Shown: positions 10,317 to 20,012, counted from the stretch's first letter. The stretch: 64,000 nt of DNA from an uncultured Verrucomicrobiae bacterium (GCA_963837955.1 CAWIPH010000002.1:832001-896000), one strand, 5' to 3'. Made by a program: numbers and translations. The notes: a model not told the origin generated them from the letters alone.

Positions 10317-11792
10317 TCACTCCTCTTCCGCGGCCGGTCTAGGCCGCAAGGCTTCCATTAGCTGGGTCTTCAATTCGTGTAGCCCAAGCTCCAAGCCTAC
10401 CGGGTATATGTGCGGATTCAGCAGGCGTTTGACGCCAGGATAAAAGCGTTTCAAATCCGTTTGAGTAGACGCCCGGATTTCATGAATCGAAGGCTGCTGA
10501 TAGACTAACTTGCCTTCCCGGAAGATCGGAACCAACAGATCGTGATACTTCGCTTTCGCCGGAATCTTTTTCCGCATGGTGACGTCGGCGGGATTCACGA
10601 TTGTGTGCGGTGTCTTGATCCCCCCAATTTCATTGTACACCATGTCGGCGATGTACTCGCCCTCGCCCTCAAAGCGACGGACTTGCAGAAACCCGGGATT
10701 AGAGGCCTTTACCGCTTGTTCGGATAGTTTGATCTTATACTCCCAATTGCTGCCTCTGGATTTCACTGCTCCGAGCTTAAACACCCCACCCAGCGCTGGC
10801 TGGTCAAACGCGGTCACCAGTTTGGTTCCAACACCCCAGGCGTCAATTACCGCCCCCTGGGATTGGAGGCTGCTAATGATATTTTCGTCCAGGTCGTTGC
10901 TGGCCAAAATCTGTGCCTTCTCAAATCCTGCTTCGTCCAACAGACGGCGCGCTTGAATGCTCAGATAGGCGAGGTCTCCGGAATCAAGCCGGATACCCAT
11001 GAGGTCCTGCCCGCGCTGGCGCAAAGCCCGGCCAACTTCAATAGCGTTCCGTACACCCGTCAGCGTGTCGTAGGTATCAACCAGGAAAAGAGTATTACCC
11101 GGGAGCGTTGCGGCAAAAGCGGCGAATGCCTCCGGCTCGCTCGGAAACGACATCACCCAACTATGCGCGTGCGTCCCGCGAACCGGAATGCCGAACACCT
11201 TTCCTGCCAACACGTTGGAAGTGGCCGTGCAGCCCCCAATATACGCGGCCCGCGTAGCGGCCAGCGCGCCGTCCGGACCGTGAGCCCGTCGCAATCCAAA
11301 CTCAAGCACTGGTGCTCCTTTGGCAGCGAGACAAATCCGCGCTGCTTTCGTAGCGATCAACGTTTGAAAATTGATGATGTTGAGCAGAGCAGTTTCCAAA
11401 AGCTGGCACTGGAGCAGAGGCCCACTAGTGCGCAGCAGCGGTTCGTGCGGAAAGACAACGGTACCTTCCGGAATTGCTTCAACGTTGCAGGAAAAACTGA
11501 GGGCGTGGAGATAATCCAGGAAAGCCGGCTCAAAGAGTTTCTTGCCATCGCCTCCTTGGAGCTCTCCCAGATAGGCGAGATCGTCGGCGTGGAAGCGAAA
11601 ATGAAGAATATAATTTATCGCATCGGCCAACCCGCAAGCGACAGTGTATCCGCTTTGGAAAGGGTGTTCGCGAAAAGTGAGGTGAAAAACTGCCTCCTGA
11701 TCAAGCCGGTCCTGTTTCCAGTAACCGTAGGCCATGGTCAGCTGATACAGGTCGGTTAATAACGCAGGCGAAGCCCGATCCTGAGCGTCCAT
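10317..11792 (-). CDS. pncB: Nicotinate phosphoribosyltransferase
   Basis: LLTDLYQLTM, EFGLRRAH, GTHAHSW, LVDTYD, IRLDSGD, ASNDLDE. Confidence 0.96.
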   Translation of the reverse strand: MDAQDRASPALLTDLYQLTMAYGYWKQDRLDQEAVFHLTFREHPFQSGYTVACGLADAINYILHFRFHADDLAYLGELQGGDGKKLFEPAFLDYLHALSFSCNVEAIPEGTVVFPHEPLLRTSGPLLQCQLLETALLNIINFQTLIATKAARICLAAKGAPVLEFGLRRAHGPDGALAATRAAYIGGCTATSNVLAGKVFGIPVRGTHAHSWVMSFPSEPEAFAAFAATLPGNTLFLVDTYDTLTGVRNAIEVGRALRQRGQDLMGIRLDSGDLAYLSIQARRLLDEAGFEKAQILASNDLDENIISSLQSQGAVIDAWGVGTKLVTAFDQPALGGVFKLGAVKSRGSNWEYKIKLSEQAVKASNPGFLQVRRFEGEGEYIADMVYNEIGGIKTPHTIVNPADVTMRKKIPAKAKYHDLLVPIFREGKLVYQQPSIHEIRASTQTDLKRFYPGVKRLLNPHIYPVGLELGLHELKTQLMEALRPRPAAEEE

Positions 11793-11903
11793 AGCCAGAA
11801 GAAACAGCCAATAGCCAATTGACGATAGCCAATATTAACCCATTCCGGATTTCACGCTCCGTAGTCCGGATTCCGCATTTGGCTATCGCCTATCTGCGAT
11901 CGG

Positions 11904-12371
11904 CTATTTTATCTGTGCCCAACTGATGAACGCCTGCGGGCCGCCTTCCAAATATCCGACTTGGCGACGCACTTCTTGGCCGGACGGATCAAGCAACACG
12001 TAAGTAGGAAAGCCCTCGATACTATATTTTTTCGCGAGTTCCTGATTCTGGGCTTTCTCAGCGGGCGACTGATTAGCTCTACGAGGAAAATCGACTTTGA
12101 CCAAAATGAGCTTTTCGCCGGCGAAGGTTGAGAAGGCCGGTTTATCAAAGACCTCTTTGTCCATCTTAATGCAGTAGGGGCACCAATCGGAACCGGTAAA
12201 GTCCAGCAGAATATATTTCTTCTGTTGGGTCGCTACGGTCTTGGCGGCAGCGTAGTCCGTTTGCCAAGCGACCGACTCACCAAAGACCGAAGCAAGCGGG
12301 GAAAACGCAAGCAGCGCGATTCCGACGACCAGCAATCGGGTGACGGTGCGATTCGAAATAACGTTCATCAT
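11904..12371 (-). CDS. Exported thioredoxin-family protein
   Basis: Signal peptide; LDFTGSDWCPYC (CxxC); GFPT cis-Pro. Confidence 0.92.
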   Translation of the reverse strand: MMNVISNRTVTRLLVVGIALLAFSPLASVFGESVAWQTDYAAAKTVATQQKKYILLDFTGSDWCPYCIKMDKEVFDKPAFSTFAGEKLILVKVDFPRRANQSPAEKAQNQELAKKYSIEGFPTYVLLDPSGQEVRRQVGYLEGGPQAFISWAQIK

Positions 12372-12537
12372 AAAAGAATACCTAATTTACTTTGGGAAAA
12401 AATCTACTTCGTCAGTATACAGATCAAACCGGGCTGCGCACGCGGCGAGTCCCGAATAGTAGAGTGGTTCCGTCTTCAAATATTCCAGGAGAAGCCCGTC
12501 GGCGACGGCAAATCGTGCTCCTGACACAGCATGATCT

Positions 12538-13932
12538 CTATTTAAGAAAGAAGTCCACTGCCTCACTGTAGGTATTGAACGGGTCGGGCATCGAAAGGTA
12601 GTCCTGGCTCTCCAGAGCAATCGAATCCCAATTGATGATGTAAGGGAGATTCTTTCTTTGAAAATAAGCTACAGCTCTGCCCCGACCCGCAGCTCGGGTG
12701 TGAGCTGGCGGCGCAAGTTTTGCTTCCGAACGGCGAACCGAAGCATTGAATTCGCCAATAGTTTTAGCGGGCTTCAGAGCGAAAAAGAGTCCCCTCTGAG
12801 GATGGATATTGTGATATTCGAGATCAATGCTTTGCAGCCAAGGATCTTGCCAGGAAAGCCCTTGATCCTCCACAAACATGTTGAGGAGCCACTTTTTGGA
12901 GATCCAGTCGACTCCGCCAATCAAAAGTTCCGGTTTTTCCTTGAGCGCGTCGAGAGTGAATTGCCACATTTCCAGAATCCAATCGGTTTCGTCGTCGGAG
13001 CCGCTAAGATGGCGTTGGGCATGGGCGAGAAATTGATACTGGATGTCGAGTGCATCCTGGGTGGAGCCGTCATCCATCTCTACGACCCAATCCCCATCAG
13101 GACGTCGCGAGATTTCCCGAGTCGCGAGAACGGCATCCCGCAAGGCGATTTGCTTTGGCAGAAGATTCTCTTCCAATAGCGTCAAAATACAGACGGTTGT
13201 GCCGATCTTTAGCGCGTTCGCAAAGGGACTCATGTTAGAGTCGCCGATGAGGAGATGGAGTCTTCGATATTTGCGATAATCGGCTAGGGGTTCATCCCTC
13301 GCATTGATGATTGCCCGGTTGAATTGCACCCATTGATAAATGTCATTGACGATATGGTCCGCTCGTTGGCTGATTTGGAACGGAACGTTTCCCGGGCGAT
13401 CGGGAATTTCAAAGTCGAAGGCCAGTGGATTTGCATGGCCTACCCGTCCTGAGCCAGTGAAAATCTGTCGGGTAGCCAAGAAACCGAGTAGCGATGCCAG
13501 AATTTCCGGAGTGAATTGAGCCTCCCGACGCATCAAGTAATTTTCGTGGCAGCCGAAAGTCGCTCCGGTGTGGTGGTCGATATTATTTTTTAGAAATGAG
13601 ACCTTGTCTTCGACCCCTAACTCTTTGATCGCCTGGTAGAGCAGAAGGTCCCCAGCGATGTCGTAGGCAACTAGGTCACGGACCGTTAAACACTCCGGTG
13701 ACGAGTACTCCAGGTGACCCATATCCAGGTACAACCTGCCCCCATTTAAAAGAAAACCGCCGTTGCCCGGCGGTTCCTCGTAATCTCGATAATGCAGATC
13801 GATAGCGCCGATCTGGCATTTGCGAAAAAGATGATTTTTAATTTTTACAGGCCACGCATCAGCTTGGCTCTGGGCTTGATCCTCAGAGATCAGACATCCG
13901 TATTCGGTCTCGAGGCCAGCTACCCGGTTCAT
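12538..13932 (-). CDS. pafA: Pup/UBact-protein ligase family protein (PafA-like)
   Basis: GLETEYG, NGGRLYLDMGHLEYSSPEC, FGCHENYL, ISQRADH, INARDEPLAD, YRRLHLLIGDSN, DLEYH, C-terminal WD...DPF; GCHENY and LYLD fit PafA better than Dop. Confidence 0.85.
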   Translation of the reverse strand: MNRVAGLETEYGCLISEDQAQSQADAWPVKIKNHLFRKCQIGAIDLHYRDYEEPPGNGGFLLNGGRLYLDMGHLEYSSPECLTVRDLVAYDIAGDLLLYQAIKELGVEDKVSFLKNNIDHHTGATFGCHENYLMRREAQFTPEILASLLGFLATRQIFTGSGRVGHANPLAFDFEIPDRPGNVPFQISQRADHIVNDIYQWVQFNRAIINARDEPLADYRKYRRLHLLIGDSNMSPFANALKIGTTVCILTLLEENLLPKQIALRDAVLATREISRRPDGDWVVEMDDGSTQDALDIQYQFLAHAQRHLSGSDDETDWILEMWQFTLDALKEKPELLIGGVDWISKKWLLNMFVEDQGLSWQDPWLQSIDLEYHNIHPQRGLFFALKPAKTIGEFNASVRRSEAKLAPPAHTRAAGRGRAVAYFQRKNLPYIINWDSIALESQDYLSMPDPFNTYSEAVDFFLK

Positions 13933-13940
13933 TGTCGGAA

Positions 13941-13964
13941 AGCTTCGGGTGAAAACCCGAAGCT
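13941..13964 (-). terminator. Perfect 10-bp hairpin between DUF6600 gene and pafA-like gene
   Basis: agcttcgggt-gaaa-acccgaagct; short T run on minus strand, 8 nt before the pafA ATG. Confidence 0.55.
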
Positions 13965-14002
13965 ATCAACCGGAAGTTCGTCAGGCCGACACCATCTCTT
14001 GC

Positions 14003-15784
14003 TTAGTTTTTCTTCTTGTCCTTGCTGTTGTTGCTGCCGCCCTTATTTCCACCACCACCTTTGTTACCGCCACCGCCACTCGGGTGAGAGGCAGTAGCCG
14101 GAGGGTGATAGGCAGTAGCCGGAGGGTGATAGGTATTGGCCGGAGGGTGATAGGTGTTGGCCGGAGGGTGATAGGTGTTGGTCGGAGGGTGATAGGTTTT
14201 GGCCGCGTGAGAAGTGCTGGTCGGCGCGTGATAGGTGTTGGCTGACTTATAGGTCGTCTTCGGTTGATACGTTTTTGGGTGATTGACTGCGCCGCCGGTA
14301 GACGTGTTGGTCGTGGTTTTCTTCAGCGTTTTCGGCGGGTTGTAGTTGTTGCCACCGGTTCCTTTAGTGCCCTTAGAGCTGGTGCTATTGGTCGTGCTTT
14401 TGAAAGCCTTTAGATTATTGCCGCCATTGGCACCCTTCGTAACCTTGGTGCCGGAGTTATTAGTCGGATTATTGGTTGACTTGAACGCCTTGAGTTGGCT
14501 CGATCCGGTGCCGTTATTTCCAGTGCCCTTGACCGTCTTGATTTGGTTTGATCCGGTGCCTTTATTTGCCGCAAGGTTGTTTCCGCCCGCATTATTGCTA
14601 ATGCCTTTATTACCTCCCAAGGCGTTGTTGCCAGTGTTTTTGTTCGCCAACAAGCCATTGCCTGCTCCCAGGTTGCCACCGCCCGCTTTGTTGTTACCCA
14701 CGCCCTTGTTGCCGGTGGCGTTGTTTGCGCCGGTCGCCTTGTTGCCAAGAATCGTCGGCTTCACCATCATGGCAGTAGTCTTGGGTATATTACCGGGTAC
14801 TGGGTTTTGTTGGGCAAACTTGGTCTTTAAGTTTTTCGCCTGATCGGCATTCACGTTATTCCAGCCCTTGTTCACCTTCGTATTGGTTAGTGTCTTAGCG
14901 ACGGTTGGCGGTTTCGTCGCGGTGGTCTTGAGATTTGCCTTTGGTCCGGCAACGTTGAGTTGGTTGCCGTTCTTTACAGCCTTAAAGGCGGCCGGATCTT
15001 TTTGCGCAGTATAGTTGACGTTGTATTTTGTTACTTGCCGATTGGTTTTCAGCGCAATCTGCTGAGCCTGCGGACCGTGATTGTTAATGACGGTACTATT
15101 ATTGTAGATGTTCGTTACGTTCCGAGTGCGATTGATGATCACCACGTTCTGTCCCCAAGGCGCGAAAGCGCCGACGTAGCTATGCCCAAACCAGGCGTTG
15201 TAAGGCAGGAAGCAATAGGCGCCCGGCCCGACTCCCCAATAAGAGTCACACCAACCGCCAACGCTGAAGCCCACTGAGATGCCTCCGCACTCTGGCGGAA
15301 GCGGTGCCCAACCGACGTAATCGTCCGACTCGCGCCAAGAAACCCACGATGGCGCCCATTCATTGCCAGGGGCCCAAACCCAACCTTCGCCATCGACGTT
15401 TACCCAACGCCCGTAATGGTAGGTGGCCCAGCCGAAATTTTCATTGGAATCCCAATACCAACCACGATCGGTATCCTCCCAGTGACCATCGGAATAGGGG
15501 CGCCAATCGGAAGAGCTGACAGCTACTGCGGGCTGGAAGACGTAACCGTAATTGTCGTCGTAATACCATTGACCGTCGTCGGCCAATTGATCGTAAAAGA
15601 CATCGTAACTCTCGTCGTCACTCTGACTATCTTCTTGGAAGACGTGATGACTCCGCGAAAGGGGGGCTCCGAGCTTGAGCGGAACCTTCCCCGTCATGGG
15701 GGAGGAAGGTTGGGGATTGCCAAATGCGAGGGATATTGTGCTCGCGAGGCAAAAAAGCGTTAGGGTCGGCTTGATCATAAACAA
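14003..15784 (-). CDS. Secreted DUF6600-type Trp-rich domain protein with long low-complexity tail
   Basis: Signal peptide; FYDQL...WRPYSDGHW...FGWATYHYGRW...WAPSWVSWR...VGWAPLPP; N/G/K/T-rich tail with TYHPPAN heptads. Confidence 0.85.
   Translation of the reverse strand: MFMIKPTLTLFCLASTISLAFGNPQPSSPMTGKVPLKLGAPLSRSHHVFQEDSQSDDESYDVFYDQLADDGQWYYDDNYGYVFQPAVAVSSSDWRPYSDGHWEDTDRGWYWDSNENFGWATYHYGRWVNVDGEGWVWAPGNEWAPSWVSWRESDDYVGWAPLPPECGGISVGFSVGGWCDSYWGVGPGAYCFLPYNAWFGHSYVGAFAPWGQNVVIINRTRNVTNIYNNSTVINNHGPQAQQIALKTNRQVTKYNVNYTAQKDPAAFKAVKNGNQLNVAGPKANLKTTATKPPTVAKTLTNTKVNKGWNNVNADQAKNLKTKFAQQNPVPGNIPKTTAMMVKPTILGNKATGANNATGNKGVGNNKAGGGNLGAGNGLLANKNTGNNALGGNKGISNNAGGNNLAANKGTGSNQIKTVKGTGNNGTGSSQLKAFKSTNNPTNNSGTKVTKGANGGNNLKAFKSTTNSTSSKGTKGTGGNNYNPPKTLKKTTTNTSTGGAVNHPKTYQPKTTYKSANTYHAPTSTSHAAKTYHPPTNTYHPPANTYHPPANTYHPPATAYHPPATASHPSGGGGNKGGGGNKGGSNNSKDKKKN
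14081..14285. repeat. Intragenic 21-bp tandem repeat encoding TYHPPAN-like heptads
   Basis: ccggagggtgataggtgttgg-like unit, about 5 near-perfect and several degenerate copies. Confidence 0.9.
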
Positions 15785-15824
15785 GTTCTACATTTCTTGG
15801 ACTGGTTAAAGTCTCTCTCTATTC

Positions 15825-15850
15825 AACGTACGTAAGTGGGGCGGGTTTCC
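15825..15850 (-). promoter_or_regulatory. Candidate ECF-sigma promoter of DUF6600 gene
   Basis: Minus strand GGAAAC-N16-CGTT about 40 nt upstream of start. Confidence 0.45.
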
Positions 15851-15951
15851 TAAAAAGTCGGGTCTGCCAATTCTCAAGGAGAGTGAGCCGAGCCTTGGTT
15901 AGCCGAAAATAATTCAGTTGCGCGAAGAAGTTGTAGAGGATCTTTTCTGCG

Positions 15952-17265
15952 ATGAGTGCTCCTGTCAGGGTTCGTTTTGCTCCGTCGCCGACCGGTTTTT
16001 TGCATGTGGGAGGAGCACGTACGGCGTTGTTTAATTGGCTTTTTGCTCGGCATCATCGCGGCATCTTTGTGCTTCGGATCGAGGACACCGATAAGAACCG
16101 GGAACGCGATAATGCCGTAAAGGTCATTTACGACAGTCTGCAGTGGCTTGGTTTGGACTGGGATGAAGGGGCTGGCAAGGGGGGGCCATTCGGACCCTAT
16201 TTTCAGAGCGAGCGCGATGCCATCTATGAGCGGTATTTAGAGCGACTCCAGGACAAGCACTGCGTATACGAGGATGCTGGAGCAGTTAGATTCCGATCGG
16301 CCCGTCGTCCCGTCGTCGTTGATGACGAAGTCTGCGGGCGAATCGAGTTCGATCGCAGCATGGAACCGGATATGACCATTCGCCGCCCAGATGGCTCCTG
16401 GATTTTTCATTTCGTGAACGTCGTTGACGACATCGAAATGCAGGTTTCCCACGTTATCCGTGGCGAAGACCATCTGACCAATACTGCTAAACACGTGGAG
16501 CTATACCAGGCACTGGATGCCCAGCCACCGCATTTCGCCCACATTCCGCTCATTTTGAATCGGGACGGATCAAAAATGAGCAAGCGCGATGCGGGTGCCA
16601 GCGTGACTAGCTACATAGAGCAAGGCTACGCGCCGGAAGCGGTACGCAACTATCTTTGCCTCCTCGGTTGGTCTCCAAAGGACAATCGTGAAAAGATTGA
16701 TATCGAGGAGGTGGTCGAGCTGTTCGACCTCAAAAAAATAAATCGTCGAAACGCCGCCTTCGATCTGGACAAATGCTTTTGGCTGAATGGGCAGTATGTG
16801 TCCCAGATGTCCTTGAGCCGTTTCCGGGTGTTAAGCGAGCCGTTTATCGTGGCGGCTCACCTGGTCATCAACGACGAAGATTACCTTCTTCACGTACTTG
16901 AGATCATCAAAGAGAAAGTGAAACTCTTCAAAGACGTGCCGGAGTGGATTGGCTATTTTTTCACGGAGGATTACGAATATGATCCGGATGCGGTCGCCAA
17001 GACATTCAAAGGCGGAACTGCGGAGAGGCTGCGTCAGCTGGCCGAACGGTACAGCGCTCTGAAAATCTGGAGTGTCGATCTGCTCGAGGCGGAATTAAAG
17101 AAGCTAGCGTCCGATCTTGGATGCAAAACCGGTGAACTGATTCATCCGACCCGGCTCGCCGTCAGCGGGCGGTCGGTTGGTCCGAGCTTGTATCACATGT
17201 TGGAAGTGTTAGGTCGCGATCGAGTATTGACCCGGCTGGAAAAGACCGCTGCTCGTTTCTCCTGA
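15952..17265 (+). CDS. gltX: Glutamate--tRNA ligase (short form lacking Zn-binding insertion)
   Basis: RFAPSPTG, HVGG, LRIEDTD, VIRGEDH, KMSKR; anticodon-binding domain present. Confidence 0.95.
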   Translation: MSAPVRVRFAPSPTGFLHVGGARTALFNWLFARHHRGIFVLRIEDTDKNRERDNAVKVIYDSLQWLGLDWDEGAGKGGPFGPYFQSERDAIYERYLERLQDKHCVYEDAGAVRFRSARRPVVVDDEVCGRIEFDRSMEPDMTIRRPDGSWIFHFVNVVDDIEMQVSHVIRGEDHLTNTAKHVELYQALDAQPPHFAHIPLILNRDGSKMSKRDAGASVTSYIEQGYAPEAVRNYLCLLGWSPKDNREKIDIEEVVELFDLKKINRRNAAFDLDKCFWLNGQYVSQMSLSRFRVLSEPFIVAAHLVINDEDYLLHVLEIIKEKVKLFKDVPEWIGYFFTEDYEYDPDAVAKTFKGGTAERLRQLAERYSALKIWSVDLLEAELKKLASDLGCKTGELIHPTRLAVSGRSVGPSLYHMLEVLGRDRVLTRLEKTAARFS

Positions 17266-17268
17266 ACA

Positions 17269-18159
17269 GTGAGCGTTTGGACTATTGAAGATCTGCGGTG
17301 TCCGACATCTGCTCGGCTACCGGCAGACGTTCGGTTGTCGGTCCTGGGAGATCCCATTCGACATTCGCTTTCTCCGGAAATGCAGAATGCTGGGCTCGCC
17401 GCGCGAGGCATGCACTTCCGATACGGCCGGCTATGGGTGAAGAGTAGCGAACTCACCGAAGCCTTTTCTCTCTTGCGTGAACGGGAGTTTATCGGCTGGA
17501 ATCTGACCGTTCCGCACAAGGTCGCTGCTTGTGAGCTTGTCGATGAAATTGATCCGATGGCGGCTCGGGTTGGGGCCATCAATACGGTAGTCAATCGATC
17601 TGGAGTCTTGGTTGGATTCAATACGGACGGCTTTGGGCTGATCGCGGCACTTCGTGAGTCCTTTTCAGTCGACTTTGAAAATTCCCGAATCGCGGTGCTG
17701 GGTGCCGGCGGTGGTGCCGGTATGACCGCGGCCAATTTTCTCCTCGATGAAAACCCTCTTCAACTGCTTCTGGTTAATCGGACGTTGGCGAAGCTTGATC
17801 CATTGCGTAGTACGATGACCAACGATGGCAGGGTTTCCTTTTGGTCGTGGGAACAATTGGCCGAGGTGTTTGGCCAGGCGGACTTGATCGTTAATGCTTC
17901 TTCAGTCGGTATACACGGGCATGCGCTTGACTGGGATTCGCGCTGGTTGAGCCGGCGGCATCGAGTTTTTGATCTGATGTATGGTTCGGAGCCAACCCTC
18001 GTCGTGAGCTGGGCACGCGCGGGAGGCGCCTCGGCGGTCGATGGCGCGCTCATGCTTTTGCACCAGGGGACCGAGGCTTTTCGCCATTGGTTTGGGCTTC
18101 CGGTTCCCAAGAGCGAAATGCGCGAGGCGCTTCATCGTGCACTGATCGCTAATCGCTGA
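17269..18159 (+). CDS. aroE: Shikimate dehydrogenase
   Basis: GDPIRHSLSP, NLTVPHK, GAINTV, NTDG, GAGG, NRT, DLMY, MLLHQG. Confidence 0.94.
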   Translation: MSVWTIEDLRCPTSARLPADVRLSVLGDPIRHSLSPEMQNAGLAARGMHFRYGRLWVKSSELTEAFSLLREREFIGWNLTVPHKVAACELVDEIDPMAARVGAINTVVNRSGVLVGFNTDGFGLIAALRESFSVDFENSRIAVLGAGGGAGMTAANFLLDENPLQLLLVNRTLAKLDPLRSTMTNDGRVSFWSWEQLAEVFGQADLIVNASSVGIHGHALDWDSRWLSRRHRVFDLMYGSEPTLVVSWARAGGASAVDGALMLLHQGTEAFRHWFGLPVPKSEMREALHRALIANR

Positions 18160-18311
18160 TCGCCAAGCCTTCGGCGAGAACAGTCAGCCCTGTGCAATCT
18201 GCGATCACCGATTAGTGATTACCCAACTGGTGATTAGCGAATTTGTGATCGACGGACGCGAGTTGTAGATGAGAGATTCCTCGCTAAGCTAGGGCTCTAG
18301 TTCTTATAACT

Positions 18312-20009
18312 GTGATTGACACACTGCTGAAGATCGCCAGGGATAGCCAATGTACCGACGTAAACGCCTGCCAAACTGTTTTGCAGAATGCTACGGAAGA
18401 TCAACGCTCTTTGGTACGATCGGTCCTCGACTCCAAGCTCGTCGATGAAACGAGGTTTTTGCGCGGGATAAGCAACTGGCTCGAAATCCCATGGTGGGAG
18501 AAAACGTTGACCTCGGTGCCGGGGCAATTGCGGGAAAAAGTGCCTGCCCGCTTGGCGCTTCGTTACCATGTGGTACCTCTCCAGCAGGATGATAGTACGA
18601 TCTGGCTTGGCCTTTATGATCCGTTCGATTTGTTAGCACGACAGACGCTCGCCGCCTCCCTGCGAGAGAAGGTACGGTACACCATGTCGACCCGCACGCT
18701 GATCCTCCAAGCCTTGCGCCAAGGATACGGAATCGGAGCTGAGACCTTTGAAGCGATCTTGCAAGGTCGCACGGAAGAAGAGGTTAACACCGAACTAAAG
18801 CAGGAGACTAATGTCCTTGATCTGGACGATTCGGAAGCCTCGGTCGTCAAGTTTGTGAACCAAATTTTGCGAGAAGGGCTCGAGCAGCGCGCGACCGACA
18901 TTCACGTCGAACCGCTGTCGAACGATTTGCGAATCCGGTATCGCATCGACGGAGTTCTTCATGAAGTGCCGGTGCCTGCCAATATCCGGTTGCTGCAAGC
19001 GTCGGTTATTTCCCGGCTGAAGGTCATGGCCCATTTGGATATTGCTGAGCGCCGTCTACCGCAGGACGGCCGGATAAATCTGGAGCTCTTAGGCCAACCC
19101 ATCGACGTTCGCGTCGCGACGATCCCATCGGTTGCCGGCGAGAGTGTCAGCCTGCGCCTCTTGGGTCAGGAGCGTTTTACCTTCGAACGGCTTGGCCTGG
19201 ATGCACCTTCTCAGCAACGCATCGAACATTTGCTCACACTTCCGAATGGAATCGTTCTGGTAACCGGCCCGACCGGCTGTGGCAAATCGACGTCGCTTTA
19301 TACGTTTCTGTCCAGCTTGAATACCCATGAACGCCGCATTGTTACGGTGGAAGATCCGGTGGAATATCAACTACCGGGAGTGATCCAGATTGCGGTAAAG
19401 CCGGAGATTGACCTGACCTTCGCGAATGGGCTTCGAAGTATCTTGCGTGGAGATCCGAACGTGATCATGGTCGGTGAGATGCGGGATCGGGAAACCGCTG
19501 AAATAGCGATCCGCGGTGCGCTCACTGGTCACTTGGTATTTAGCACCCTGCACACAAACGACGCGATTGGCGGAATCACTCGTTTGCTCGATATGGCAAT
19601 CGAACCATTTCTGGTGGCTAACTCCGTCCGCGCATTCATCGCCCAACGTTTGGTTCGAGTCTTGTGTCCGCACTGTAAGAAGCCGGCAGAATTTTCAACT
19701 AAGTATCTGAAAAAAGTCGGATTCCCGCTCGAATCGGCTGAAAGCGTACTCGCTGCGGTTGGTTGTGATGCGTGCCGCACGACCGGATATCAAGGTCGCG
19801 CTGCGATTTATGAGATTTGTTTAGTATCAGCGCGATTACAGGACCTCATAACCCAAAACAAGCCTGCGTCGGTCTTGCGAACCGTAGCGATCGAAGAGGG
19901 CATGGTACCGCTTCGGCAATATGGTTGGAACAAGGTGGTAGCTGGACTGACAACTGTCGAAGAGGTTGTTCGGGTGACGGCGGCGGACCTGGAAATGTCG
20001 GACGAGTAA
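18312..20009 (+). CDS. gspE: Type II secretion/type IV pilus assembly ATPase (GspE/PilB)
   Basis: ATDIHVEP, RRLPQDGR, Walker A GPTGCGKST, TVEDPVEY, VGEMRD, STLHTND, two CxxC. Confidence 0.93.
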   Translation: MIDTLLKIARDSQCTDVNACQTVLQNATEDQRSLVRSVLDSKLVDETRFLRGISNWLEIPWWEKTLTSVPGQLREKVPARLALRYHVVPLQQDDSTIWLGLYDPFDLLARQTLAASLREKVRYTMSTRTLILQALRQGYGIGAETFEAILQGRTEEEVNTELKQETNVLDLDDSEASVVKFVNQILREGLEQRATDIHVEPLSNDLRIRYRIDGVLHEVPVPANIRLLQASVISRLKVMAHLDIAERRLPQDGRINLELLGQPIDVRVATIPSVAGESVSLRLLGQERFTFERLGLDAPSQQRIEHLLTLPNGIVLVTGPTGCGKSTSLYTFLSSLNTHERRIVTVEDPVEYQLPGVIQIAVKPEIDLTFANGLRSILRGDPNVIMVGEMRDRETAEIAIRGALTGHLVFSTLHTNDAIGGITRLLDMAIEPFLVANSVRAFIAQRLVRVLCPHCKKPAEFSTKYLKKVGFPLESAESVLAAVGCDACRTTGYQGRAAIYEICLVSARLQDLITQNKPASVLRTVAIEEGMVPLRQYGWNKVVAGLTTVEEVVRVTAADLEMSDE

Positions 20010-20012
20010 ACG

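Noticed and set aside
10863..11759. Long antisense ORFs (also 3950-4699, 26381-26986, 29199-30068, 51841-52497)
   Set aside because: Fully overlap well-supported genes on the opposite strand and show no recognisable motifs
12387..12620. Small ORF downstream of pafA as possible Pup/UBact
   Set aside because: Ends in FFPK, no GGE/GGQ/TGE terminus, overlaps pafA
13949..14245. ORF with RRVIG repeats (and 14346-14843)
   Set aside because: Antisense shadows of the repeat-rich DUF6600 gene
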